The position numbers and the translations under genes were made by a program. A DNA stretch of 63,479 bases, filler included, from Reticulomyxa filosa (Eukaryota > Protista > Foraminifera), in NCBI GenBank assembly GCA_000512085.1. It is 24 parts of 24 records of this genome, joined end to end, with 100 filler letters (N's around TTAATTAATTAA, not from the genome) between each part and the next. Parts side by side here need not be neighbours in the genome. Positions count along the whole stretch, not along the records: positions 49,271 to 52,660 come from ASPP01012541.1; positions 52,761 to 55,164 come from ASPP01021783.1; positions 55,265 to 59,956 come from ASPP01026866.1; positions 60,057 to 61,205 come from ASPP01018048.1; positions 61,306 to 62,363 come from ASPP01000945.1; 19 more parts are not named here. One strand, 5' to 3'. The notes under the pieces were generated by a model, which saw only the letters and a list, made by a program, of their open reading frames with translations, was not told the origin of the DNA and searched no databases. Of the stretch, positions 49,918 to 61,619 are shown piece by piece. Position 1 is the first letter of the stretch. Each line of letters starts with the position of its first letter.

Positions 49918-51387
49918 ATGCGATTCGATTTAATCCCTCGCTGGAGGCCAAAAACAAAAACAGACAGTACGTCAGCGGACCGCAGCGATAATGTGCGTAC
50001 ACTTTATCCGACAGGCTCGGCTCCGTTTGTGGACTTGCACTCGCCTCCTTTAGAGGACAAAAGCGATATTGAAGCAAGTGAGCAAGGAGAGCAGAAAAAA
50101 TATCGAGACGGTACAGGCTCCACTCCAGCAGAGAAGAAATGTCGCATTCGCCTCCTTTTCAAGCACGTATTAATAGCAATGATTGCACTAATACTTGCAT
50201 GTTATCAACTCGGTCACTATGTATTGTACAACTCTCATTATGTGTTATGTTCCTATCACCGAGGATTTTGTTTCCCATTGCATCATTTGTTTGGAGAATA
50301 CGAGGCATATTATGACAAGAACACCAAACGGTATCACTACAAAAATCTTCGGAGTGACGTAAAACAGAGTGAGAACAACAAAACCATTCAATGGATGAAC
50401 CAACTCAGAGCCAAAAAATGTGCAACAAATCGGCCTACTTTCAATCCCAATTTACTACTAAAAAAGAGGCTTTGCAGTCATGACGTGCAATACGTAGTTT
50501 TGCTAACCTCACTTTTTGACTCCACTTCGAAATACTTTTTTCATACTTTGGATGCACATCATTATGTCTTTCCTGTTCCACTTTTCAAGTCTGCGATCCA
50601 AGAGCAATGGCTCTCTTTTTCGTCCAATGACGGCCAACGCTTGTCCATAGACAAAGACTTTGCTGCGATTCAACAACATATCAAACGGGCTGTGGACAAT
50701 AAGATAGAGGCTATCACTAAAGTCAGTGATGACACTGCTTCTGCGGGTAATTCATTTGAAATCGACAAGTGCTTTTTTTTGAAATCCCAAAAAGTAGAGC
50801 CAGTCCTTTCAGATACTCAAAAATCTTTTAAACTGTCTTTTCTAATTTCTGTTCCCATTGAGCTGTTCCAAGGCGAAAAAGATGGAGCCAGTCCATTGTT
50901 GGACCTATGGGTAGAGTGGCTCCATTGTAACGAAATCACTGTCCTCCATTATCAACCCGATAACTTGCTTCACGGGTTTGAAGCTTTTTATCAAATTCAT
51001 GTCAAGGATATGGAGCAACACAAAAAGGGACAGCACACTGAGGCTGCATCCAAAGACAATCTTATGAAACAATATGTGTACAGCCTCCAAACTTTGCATC
51101 ACTATGCGCGTAAACGCATGCAGTTTTATCCTTTCGGGATCAAATTACAACATGTCTTTTATGAGGATTTAATCAAACATTCAAGGGAAGTGTATTGGAA
51201 TTCCTTGCAAGCATTTTTGGGAATTCCTTCGGAGAATTTGCACAACTCTGTCTTTAAGCATCGCATTTGGCACTATACAATGCCATATCAGGATTGCTAC
51301 TCTCAGTTTACTGACTGGGATAAGTTCAAGACATTGATTGGAAATACTCATACTTATTACTCTTGTGAGACTTTTCTGTTTGTTTAA
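49918..51387 (+). CDS. Type II membrane protein with Stf0/NodH-like sulfotransferase fold, degenerate PAPS motifs; intronless
   Basis: Single TM near residue 80-100; YVVLLTS...TLDAH, VLHYQPDNLL, VFYEDL...LQAFLGIP, QFTDWDKFK..IGNT follow the order of NodH/Stf0-like motifs. Confidence 0.55.
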   Translation: MRFDLIPRWRPKTKTDSTSADRSDNVRTLYPTGSAPFVDLHSPPLEDKSDIEASEQGEQKKYRDGTGSTPAEKKCRIRLLFKHVLIAMIALILACYQLGHYVLYNSHYVLCSYHRGFCFPLHHLFGEYEAYYDKNTKRYHYKNLRSDVKQSENNKTIQWMNQLRAKKCATNRPTFNPNLLLKKRLCSHDVQYVVLLTSLFDSTSKYFFHTLDAHHYVFPVPLFKSAIQEQWLSFSSNDGQRLSIDKDFAAIQQHIKRAVDNKIEAITKVSDDTASAGNSFEIDKCFFLKSQKVEPVLSDTQKSFKLSFLISVPIELFQGEKDGASPLLDLWVEWLHCNEITVLHYQPDNLLHGFEAFYQIHVKDMEQHKKGQHTEAASKDNLMKQYVYSLQTLHHYARKRMQFYPFGIKLQHVFYEDLIKHSREVYWNSLQAFLGIPSENLHNSVFKHRIWHYTMPYQDCYSQFTDWDKFKTLIGNTHTYYSCETFLFV

Positions 51388-51712
51388 TACAATAAAATTT
51401 GCTTTATTGTATTATTCTGGTGTGAGGCAAGCATTTTTTTTTTTTTCATTAATTGGCCGTAAAAAAAACTTACAAGTTTCAAACTTTCTTGTTTTTTTTA
51501 GCCACACGTTCAAAGTAGTTAGCAGTCAGTATTCTTGTTTCACATAATTTTTTTAAAAAAAGAGGGAGATTTAAAAAAAAAGGATGGAAAAAAAAAACTT
51601 GATATTTTCGAAGTCGCAAATTGAAATTAACAGATTTGCTTTGGAAATATATTTTATCAAATCAAATAACTCTTTTTCTCTACTTTTTACATACATATAA
51701 TATTGACTCATT

Positions 51713-52610
51713 ATGGTCGACAATAACGACGATGATGATGACACGGTGTCTTCCCTTGTGAAAGTTGAGAGATCGATAGGAAATAGAAGCAGTGTGATTT
51801 GAAGAAGAAGAAGAAGAGGTAACTCCAAAAACAAATAAACAAACAAACAAAAAAAAAATAAATAAATAAATAAATAAATAGGAATGCATGAACAGCAGCG
51901 AACAAGCAAAAGAACTGGAACGAGACGGTCGTTGGCGAAGAGCGATGAACAAGCATATGGAAGCAAGCGAGAAATTTGAGGAATGTCGGAACGTGGCAGA
52001 CAATAAAGAGGCAATGGAGATATTGGACAAATTGATAATTTACCATACCACCCGTGCGAACGAAATAAAGCAAATATTGGCGTACGACGGGATGATACGT
52101 CGAAGCATCGACGAAAAAGGATACAAAGACAGACGAGCGGCAATCCGACAAGGAGCAGAGGACGATGATACTGACGACGACGATGACGATAACGATAACG
52201 ATAAGGATAAGGATGACAACAAGAGCAAGTGGAAAAGGAAGAGAAAGGGAAAAGGCAATGACATGGAGCACTCAAGCGAAGCGGCATCATCGTTGTGGAG
52301 CGATTGGTCCATTCAAATCAATGGCACATTGCAACGCATGGAACAGCTGATGGGCGACACGCTAGTACCGTTCATCGCCAACGGAGATAGAAACACTTCC
52401 AAGTCCAATCAGCAAAGTGTGCTTTTAACAACAGCGGCTAATTGGAACGAGTCCGAATCAAATCCTCACAACAATAACAACAATAACAATGACAACAATG
52501 ATGACGGAAATGAAATGTTTTTCATTGATGACCATTTCGATCATAATCTCGACCTTGTCAGTCATGATCCTTCCACTCGAGTGACTCAACAATACCAAGC
52601 ACTTGAACAT
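51713..52610 (+). CDS. MIT-domain protein, NRBF2/Atg38-like; exons 51713-51763 and 51882-52610; partial
   Basis: SSEQAKELERDGRWRRAMNKHMEASEKF...EAMEILDKLIIYH resembles the NRBF2/Atg38 MIT helices. Confidence 0.5.
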
Positions 52611-52617
52611 GTTTACT

Positions 52618-52660
<43 letters not shown>

Positions 52661-52760
52661 NNNNNNNNNNNNNNNNNNNNNNNNNNNNNNNNNNNNNNNN
52701 NNNNTTAATTAATTAANNNNNNNNNNNNNNNNNNNNNNNNNNNNNNNNNNNNNNNNNNNN

Positions 52761-54350
52761 ATATTAATGATTTACCAACAGTCGTTCATCAACCTATTCA
52801 ATGTTGAATGTTTGCTGATGACGTAGGAAGATGTTACTTGCAGCTGATAAGACGCAATGCATTACATTCAGACATCAAAACAAAAAGAAATTTCCAAAGA
52901 TGAAACCTGAAGGAATACGATCATGTGAAGTATCTTGTATTGTTTCTTGACTCACACATGACTTATTCCAAGCATGTTAATTACATCTATAGCAAAGCAA
53001 GGAAACTTGGATATTTGACATACTTATGTTCATACAAAGGTATCAGACCATGTTTATCAATATATAATCTATTATACAATACCATCATTTGTCTGAGTCT
53101 AGATTATGCATTTTGGAATGGTGCGGCAGATACTCATAAGAGACGATTGTAAACGATACAAAGGATTGCAATGTGTAGAATTCTTGGTGTAATGAACTAA
53201 ACTGCTTATGACACAGTCGATATTATTTCCCGAAGATAAGAAGATGTAAAGTTGTATCAGATGATCAGGTCGATTCAATGGTTATAATCTTGTGATGGCA
53301 TACAAAATTTGGAATGAGTCAAGACCAAAGACCCATTTGAATTATATCTCATGGACTGGTAAATTATCGTGAATGTACCATGAAGCCGATTTTGGAAGCC
53401 AATAATTGAACCGATTTACATCCAATATCAAATATTTCACAAATGCAATGATGCATCACAAAAGAAGAAGTTATTGAAGCTATGAGACATTTGTCGCCGT
53501 ACAAAGTCCTGGTAACATCTACAATCAAATGCTCAAGAATGATTTGAATGTAGTTTCCGAATGGATTATATGCCTATTGCATGGAAGAAGGCAAACATTG
53601 TGCCTGTTCCCAAGCCTGACAGAGATCATATATTTAGATATAAAATGAAGATTATATTTACAGCTTCTTATCAGCAATGCTAATGCTCAACCGAATCCTC
53701 TGAGCCTTGTTTTCGAAGTGTTAAAGTCTCAGTGAAATATTGAGATTCAATTCACTTCTTTTAACAAAAAATAAAATTAAACACTTATTATTAAAGAAAG
53801 GCATGTGAATGTTGTTGATATTGCCATTTCGGCTTATTTAATAGAAAAGTATCTAAATTTTTTTCGACATTCTTTCTTGTTAATATTTGTTTCGACTGTT
53901 CATTTTGGATATTTCGTTTGTTATCTTCTATATATCTGATCTCGCAATATCATATATCTGTTTTCGCCACAATATTGTTGACGACGAAAATCGTTGTTAA
54001 TCGAAGATTAATTTCAAACTTCTTTCAGATACTGCTAGATGTTGCAGTAGCTAGTTGTCATGTGCTTGTCTTCCTTCAAAATACAACTTTTTCTCGATAA
54101 TGAAGGATGTTTAAATTAATTTTTTTTTATTGTTTCTATTGTATTAATGATTTACCAACAGTCACCCATCAACCGATTCAATGTGGAATGTTTGCTGATG
54201 TTATTTTGGATATCGATATTTATAAGTGATGTCGATGAAATAAGTGGTCAATTGGGATGAAGTATCCATTTGGTCGAAAAAATAGAAGATGTACTTGCAG
54301 CTGATAAGAGCATTGCATCACATTCAGACATCAAAATAAAAGGAATTCAA
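52761..54350 (+). mobile_element. Decayed non-LTR (LINE) retrotransposon reverse-transcriptase fragments
   Basis: INDLP...MFADD (52761-52825), VKYLVLFLDSHMTYSKHV, TIQRIAMCRILG, EEVIEAMRHL..WKKANIVPVPKP (53460-53625), second INDLP..MFAD copy (54140-54200); many stops and deletions. Confidence 0.88.
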
Positions 54351-55327
54351 TATAACTCTTCCAAGTCGATCTGATAAGAAGCTATCAATCCACCAATATA
54401 ATCTTCCATCTAATTTAAATTCATTTTTCATCTTATATCTTAATCCATTTCTCCAAACAATATCATACGCCGCAGATATATCCAATAATGCGATTGGCCT
54501 ATGATTCTTGCACTGACTGTGATCTCTATCAGGCTAGGGAATAGGCACAATGTTTGCCTTCTTCCATAAAATAAAAAAATAATCGAATTCCCTTCATAAT
54601 TATTGATGGCCAGTAGCCAAAAGTGGGGACAAACAGCCAGCGCTCTAGGGAATGGGCAAAATGTCCAAAATACATATCCTATGGCAAACAAAAAACCAAA
54701 CAAAGCAAACTTCGAACAGGAAGCCGAAGGCTTTCTCGCGTGTGGCAAATAAAGGTTGTATTGTGTCCTCAATGCTTAGAGCCTTCGGTCTCTGCTGAAT
54801 TAATTGCGGTTTTTTAGGACTTGCAAACGAATGGAAATTTTTACCAAAGTGATTTTGATATTTTTTCTTTGTTGGAACAAATTCCACGCTGTGTTTTCTT
54901 TTTTAAATTATGAGCTACTGGATCTCTTTATGGGATTTTTTTTTAGATGGATTGCAGTGGGGGCGTATCAAGCGTCGGACTAATCTCTCGCTTCATTCTC
55001 AACTTGCAATAACCTCCTTTGTAATGTCACTTTAATGGATATCAAATGACCAAATACAACTTTCATCCAATTCCAATGGCTTGGATATCGCCACTTTGAA
55101 TTTAATATCTTTTTCTACCATCTCATAATGCTCCTCATCCATATCTTTGAGGTGGCTCTGCAAANNNNNNNNNNNNNNNNNNNNNNNNNNNNNNNNNNNN
55201 NNNNNNNNTTAATTAATTAANNNNNNNNNNNNNNNNNNNNNNNNNNNNNNNNNNNNNNNNNNNNAAAAAATAATAAATAAATTGTTTTATTTTTTTTTTC
55301 CTTCCCTTTTTTTTTTTTTTTTAAAAC

Positions 55328-55739
55328 TGATTGGGACAATTGCTTCAGTTGATGTTCCAATTCAAACACTTCATCTTTTAAACGAGTGTATTTTTGCAAT
55401 GGATATTCATACTTGGCCTCCCTCTTGTCCCCCGTGTCTATTATCTCCGCTAGGCCTCGTATTGCTGTTGTGTCCGCTTGTGCACCTTCCGCTGCTCGTC
55501 CCGAAAATCTTTGAAATGCCGGACTTGGTTCCACTTTTTCTTCGCCAAAGTCCACTGCTTCGCTCACTTGTTTGCTCGTTGTCTCCTCCGCTTTTCCTCC
55601 TTTTTCGTCGTCTGAGTCACCATAGATCTTCCACACGTCAATTAAAAAAAAAAAAAACAGAATTTACACTTGAGGCAATATAATAGAGCGGAAAAGACAA
55701 TACACATACATCTCCTTCAAAAGAACTTGCTGTTGCCAT
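55328..55739 (-). CDS. DCTN2: Dynactin p50/dynamitin N-terminus; exons 55739-55710 and 55627-55328; partial
   Basis: D/IYGDSD, AFQRFSG, EYPLQKYTRLKDEVFEL match dynamitin motifs. Confidence 0.75.
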
Positions 55740-57768
55740 CTTCAAGGTCAAAACCAATCTTGAACTTAGCAATATCCTTTTTTTCTTGGTTTGTTGTGAT
55801 TGCAACTTAGCTAAAAAAACAAGTTTGTTTTTCTTTTTTTTATCAGATTTTTTTTTTCTAGCGATGCTGTTTTATCTTTTTAGTGACAAACTAATAAATG
55901 GAAATGTATTTAAATGTTTAGTGTTGATTTTTTTCTTTATTCCATCGTACAAAACAAAATGTATATAAAAAATGAATTTAAATTCGCATAATTTTCATCT
56001 TTATTTAACAAGAAAAAAAAAATATTCATTTGAATAATACCTCAGAGTCCTAAGCTAAACAAAGAAGTACGAAACAACGTAAATATTTAATACCGATTAA
56101 GGTAGTTAAAAATATGGTTATGGTCTTGCTCCCTTACCTTTTATATTTTTCATTCATTAAAATTTTTTTTATTTTTTTTACATAAAAAGTAAATAATCCT
56201 AAGAAAATTTGATGAAATAAATAGCAACATCCATAATTCAAAACATTTTCCTCACATTACTGCGTGCAATTGCGTGAACATAGCACATTGTGTCCTTTGA
56301 GACTAGGTAAACTTTATCTTTTTTTTGTTTTGTCATATTTACATAAATTACTTGCAAATTTATTACAAACAAACCAAAATTATTATTATTACTGTTATTA
56401 TATGAAGATTTGTTTCTTGTTTGTTCAAATCAAATAAAAGGGTCCGTAGACTGGAGTATAGCTTGACGATGCTAAACAAAATCAGACTGAATGATAGATT
56501 TTTTTAGTCTCCTCACAATCTAATATGGCAGATCAAACCACTGAAAAGACTACCACGGAATGTGTGTACTTTAAAGCTTTGGACGAGACTGTAGTACTCA
56601 TGATAAGTCGTAATAAGCAATTCTCACAAAATCCAAGTGAACTTTGGAACCCCTTTATTCTAACAACACACTAAATAATTTGAATTTAATGATATTTCTG
56701 TTATGTTATAAGATTATTTGTACAGTAATTAAAGATGATAAATATTATAATGAATAAAAACATAAAAATAATATCTAAAAAAATCATGTTTGCTTAGATA
56801 ATGCATAGTTTGATGAATTTCAAAGTAAAATAACAATTGAATTCTAATCTTTTAAAACATTGAGTGTATTGAATTTATTAAAAATTTGTCTTTTAGTATG
56901 TAGAGAACCTGGAGCGGAAAAGCACGTTTTAAGAAAGTGAGAATACGTTTTTGGAAAACTTAAATTAAAACGAAAACAACTTTGTATATTTGGAGTCATA
57001 CTGACTCCATTGTGACGTAAGTAGTCTCACTACAAGTATCATTTCATTTTTAAAAATAATGTAAAATTGAAGTATGTTTTTATTTCCAGAATTATAACTT
57101 TACATTCATTAAAATTTAAAACTTGTCATTTTTTTTTTTTAACCAACCAACAAATGAAATATTATCTATTATAAAAACAAAAATTATATGAGCCACAGAC
57201 ACAAATTAGAAATGTCATTCACTAATGTTTTTATACAAAATTTCGCAAACAATGAAAATATACGTAATGAAGTGCAATCAATTTGAGCATCTCCCTTCAT
57301 TAAAAAATTTGAATTGACATTTGCTGAATTTTTATCTTTGCTAAACGCTTCTTATGCCTATAAGTTTGAGTTATTGTGTACAAATTTTATTAATTGCAAA
57401 AGAACAATTTATTTGATTGATGAGAATATGTATAATTCCGACAGCCTTTGAATTGTGGATAATGAGATACCAAGAATTTGCTCTTTACATTTTTTTTTTA
57501 GAAGCTTTTAATGTCCTTGGTTCTCAATAAATATAGTATTAAACTTGAGTTCCAAGACAAATATTTTATTCCATCCTTTGAGTGGATTCAAATTTTTTTT
57601 GAAAAGATGAATTTTTTCCAATAAAATGCTACTTGTTCTCAAAACAGAGTGGCCCGAGCAAGGTTGAAAAGGCTCTCCCCAACAAAAAGAAAAAAGTTTT
57701 GTTTTTGTTTGGTCAGTGTTTTTCCCCAAAGAATACCCGTTACACATTGTGTTTAAAAAAACCTTAAA

Positions 57769-58453
57769 ATGTTGCATGTATTAAGCGTATTGGCATTTTT
57801 GTTGGTGAGCTGCAGCGCTCGTTTGGCTCATTTTGCTTTGGTGTACCAAGGAGAATGTGTCCAAGCTTCTACCACCGAACGTGAGTGCCAAGGAAGCGCG
57901 AGAAGTCAAACCATTGCAGCATACATTGACCCAACAGAAGGTGTACAATTTCAGGATACACAACAAGACACTGGTGTTACCTCGCTGTTGACAATCACAA
58001 TTATTCAAAACCCGAAAAGTTGCGAAAAACACAAACATATTTTTTCAATTGACTACTAAAAAAAAATTACACATAATAAAAAAAAGGTTTCCAAGCGTAC
58101 GGCTACATTAACTTTGGATTTGATCCCAACACTCAAATTCAAACCACTTTGACATTTGAAAACAACCAAAACGATCTTACCGCTATCACCAATGGCGATC
58201 ATTTCATTGATGCTGGCTTTTACAATATCACCGGTTTGTTTGTCTTTACTTTTTTTTTATATTGTGCTCATTTTTTTTTGGAATGTTCTTTTTAAAAAGA
58301 ATTTGTTTTGACAAAAATAATAAAGGTGGCACTGGCGCTTATTCATACGCTCATGGTTTGATCAGCTTAAACGGACAAGGACAATACAACACCCAAAACC
58401 AAGTATCTGACTGGTATGCATTTTTGGAAGCGGCAATTGGCATTCCAGAATAA
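57769..58453 (+). CDS. Small secreted protein with dirigent/allene-oxide-cyclase-like beta-barrel motif; exons 57769-58018, 58087-58233, 58326-58453
   Basis: Signal peptide, two Cys, spliced YNITG/GTGAYSYAHGLI motif; both introns phase 1 GT-AG. Confidence 0.65.
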
Positions 58454-58614
58454 GGATTACTCTTTCTGGCCTTGTTGTTATTCCTTGTCTTTGTTCAACA
58501 TTTTCAAGGAACTTGTATCTTTTGCCACCTTTTTTTGTGTTTTTGTTTAATCTGCTGATAAGTATTGCATTTTTTTTTTAACGAGGAGTTTCGTTCCTCT
58601 TTGAATATAACTTT

Positions 58615-58821
58615 AAAAAAAACGAACACTTGATTACGGTATGACGCAACTTTCAGGGGGAGTGAAGCAATTTTCTTTCAATTGCAGACTCTGGGATTGT
58701 AAGATCCCTGGCGCAGTGTCAACTCACCGCTATTTTAAAGCATGTATTATTTCGAAAGATGATTAAAGATTTTTTTTCTATCTTATCCGACTTATGTGAG
58801 TTTTCCCCCTTGCGCACTCCC
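58615..58821 (-). ncRNA. Candidate structured non-coding RNA, family unassigned
   Basis: Nested complementary stems in a GC-rich intergenic island, ending in a T-run on the minus strand; see findings. Confidence 0.35.
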
Positions 58822-59099
58822 TTTTTTTTAAAAATCCTCTTTTGTATTTTTTGTTATAAAAAAAAGGCTATTTATTCAGTAAATAGCCTGAAGTCCAAGT
58901 TTCAATAAAAATCAGTTTTCACACTCCTATCTGAAAGTATACCTTACAATAAATCCAAAAAAAAATATTTACACATATTGGATCCTCATTTTGTCTTTTT
59001 CTCATTTTCTTTCGATTTGTTGATTGCAGTTCGCAACAATAGTTCCTTCCTAATAATGAAAAATTTTTTAACTGTTTGTAACAATTTACTATTTATGGG

Positions 59100-59956
59100 G
59101 AAGTTGCCAATGATATTCATTCACATCAAACCAATCAGTTTCTTCGTTTACACTGGACGGTGCGTTCGCAGTGTGCTGAAAGTAGAGGGAGCTATCTCTC
59201 AAATTGGTAAATGTAGACCTGTTTTGGTCATTCCACGATATTGTGGACTCATTATCTCTGGTGCTGTTGGGGTATTAAGCCTAAAAAAGGGAGAGATCCG
59301 TCTTGTCGATGCAATACGTCGAAGTTAATTCTATTTTCATCCATCTCCATGTCAGCATTTACAAAGTTCAGATCGCTTTGTTCACAATTCTTTAAAGAAA
59401 AAGGAGTAAATCGCATTCTCGTTGTTTCCGTATTTCCTGAATTGCTGCCCCATGTCATGTTCGTGTAATTACTATCGAAAGGATTGTTACTGTTACGATT
59501 ACTATTATTGTTACTGTTTGCGTTGATTGTCGTATTATCAGCATTGGAGGTAGTATTGGCATTAGTGTTGAATTTCAACAACGGAAACGAAGAATAGTGT
59601 CGTGAGGACGACTGGTGTATGGAAGAGGAGCCATCAGGACCGCAGATTTCTATCGATTGGTAATTGAGATGAAAAAGATGGGATAGGAGGAGGAGAATGA
59701 GGAAAGATAGCGAAACATGGGCATAGAGGAGAAGTGAATTGGTTAAGAGATTTGTCCAGGTGAGCGTTTGATCTGGTGCAAGTTTGAAGTGCGATCGAGG
59801 GTCGATGAGCCTTTGCAGACACCGACATTTGGCGGTGAATGTGAGCAGTTGCATGTTGATGTGGTGCATCTCTTGCAGCATGGTCGTGGAGCAAGGCAGC
59901 ATTGGGAGAGCGCCTGATGCTTGCGCTTGCTTTTTGGAGTCGGGAAATACTTTCGC
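59100..59956 (-). CDS. Hypothetical protein, C-terminal exons (frameshift near the end)
   Basis: ORF 59902-59252 with a probable internal intron; no family recognised. Confidence 0.4.
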
Positions 59957-60056
59957 NNNNNNNNNNNNNNNNNNNNNNNNNNNNNNNNNNNNNNNNNNNN
60001 TTAATTAATTAANNNNNNNNNNNNNNNNNNNNNNNNNNNNNNNNNNNNNNNNNNNN

Positions 60057-60561
60057 TTTTAAATATCATTTTGGTTTTTTATTAAGTTTTTACAATTTTT
60101 TCAAAAATTTTAATCTTTCATTTACTTTAAAAAAATTTTTTGTAGTTGACTGATTATGAAAAGATTTGTTTTTTAAAATTTAATTCAAGTTTACCAACGT
60201 GTTAAATCTCTTTTGGCTCTTTTAACTTCATGTATTTTCTTTGGCATCGACTTTATTAATGTTTTACAATGTTTGTTTCTATTTTTTTTCATTCTATTTC
60301 GAATTAGTTCCAAAGTCTTACGTGGTATTAAATGGTCCTTTTTTTGTGAATAATTGTATTTACTATCCACCAAATATTTTCAATTGGATTTAAAGCAGGT
60401 GAATTTGGAGGAAAATTCATTATTTTTATTTTTTTTTGTTTTACACTGTTCGTAGATATTTTTTTAAAAAAAATTTTGATTAAATGTTGTTTTTTCATTG
60501 AGAAACACAATTATCTCTATAAGGTGGCATTTTCGGTGTCAACTTTCTTTTTATCCTACTG
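60057..60561 (-). mobile_element. Internally deleted Tc1 element (family C): left TIR joined directly to transposase C-terminus
   Basis: TA|CAGTAG end at 60561; FPPNSPALNPIENIW and LIKSMPKKIHEVKRAK..LTRW are DD34E transposase motifs; inner edge of right TIR at 60057-60085. Confidence 0.88.
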
Positions 60562-61165
60562 TATAACGATGAAATTAATGTTGTATTTAAATGAAAATCA
60601 GTTATAACTCAATACAAAATATAATTCAAATTTTGTCACAATAAAAATAATTGTTATTATGAATAAATCAATTTATTTATAATTAAATAATAATGTAGAA
60701 TAATATGAATTGTTATTTTGTATATTTTCAGCGTATTATATTGTGTATATTGGAAAAATTAGAAAGAATTTATGTTAAAATAGTTGTTTCAAAGATCGAA
60801 TTATACAATGAGTATTAAATAGTATTAATTCTAGTGAAAGAAAATGATCATAATTATATCAACTGTTATTTCTGGATCAATTATTTGTGATTTATGCGTG
60901 TAATGTTACATTGTGGAAATCTATTTATACTATTAATGAAAAGGAAATTATTAGACAATTTGAATTAATGCAAATGAGTTTGTGTATAGTATCATTAAAA
61001 TAGAAAATGTTATTAGCTCCAGATAAAGCTCAGATATTAAGTTTAAGATGAAAACAAAAAAATATCCAAATATGAAATTAAAAAAATATCATGCAAATTA
61101 TGGAGAAGCAATAATGATATTGAAAAAATGTAAATATAAGTTGTAGATGAAAATTATCTACACTA

Positions 61166-61205
61166 CAGTAGGTTGCAAAGAAAACTGAACGCATAAAACA
61201 TATCT
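61166..61205. mobile_element. Tc1 family C terminus at contig edge
   Basis: TA|CAGTAGGTTGCAAAGAAAACTGAACGC matches the reverse complement of 7937-7975. Confidence 0.75.
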
Positions 61206-61305
61206 NNNNNNNNNNNNNNNNNNNNNNNNNNNNNNNNNNNNNNNNNNNNTTAATTAATTAANNNNNNNNNNNNNNNNNNNNNNNNNNNNNNNNNNNNNNN
61301 NNNNN

Positions 61306-61619
61306 GTGAACAAATTCAAGTGTTCAATGGACATACAGATCAAGTATTTTCTGTTGAATATTCACCATTTGTAATAAAGAATGGTATTGATAATTCAAAT
61401 GTGATATGTTCTGGATCAATTGATAATACAATTCGTTTTTGGGATATTCGATTAAATAATAATCAATTGTATATGATTAAAGGAAATGATAAAAAAGATA
61501 ATGGAATAAGTTGTCTTAAATTTATTGAATTAAAAAAGAAGAATAAGACAAATAATACCAAATATAATTTGAATTTGTGTTATGGTTCACGCATTGGTCC
61601 CATTCGTATTTGGGGATAA
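61306..61619 (+). CDS. WD40 repeat protein C-terminus (expanded family)
   Basis: FNGHTDQVFSVEYSPF...ICSGSIDNTIRFWDIR...LCYGS..GPIRIWG-stop. Confidence 0.85.

Noticed and set aside
54440-55164. Short ORFs next to the LINE relic
   Set aside because: Stops in all frames and no recognisable motif.
56525-56675. Short ORF MADQTTEK...
   Set aside because: Under 50 aa with no motif or splice support.
56991-57009. 8-bp hairpin TGGAGTCA-TAC-TGACTCCA
   Set aside because: Isolated, and expected by chance in 63 kb.
58615-58821. Assigning the structured element to telomerase RNA, U3 or RNase P/MRP
   Set aside because: No CCCTAA-type template, U3 boxes A/C/D not in order, and no CR-I GGAA motif; left unassigned.
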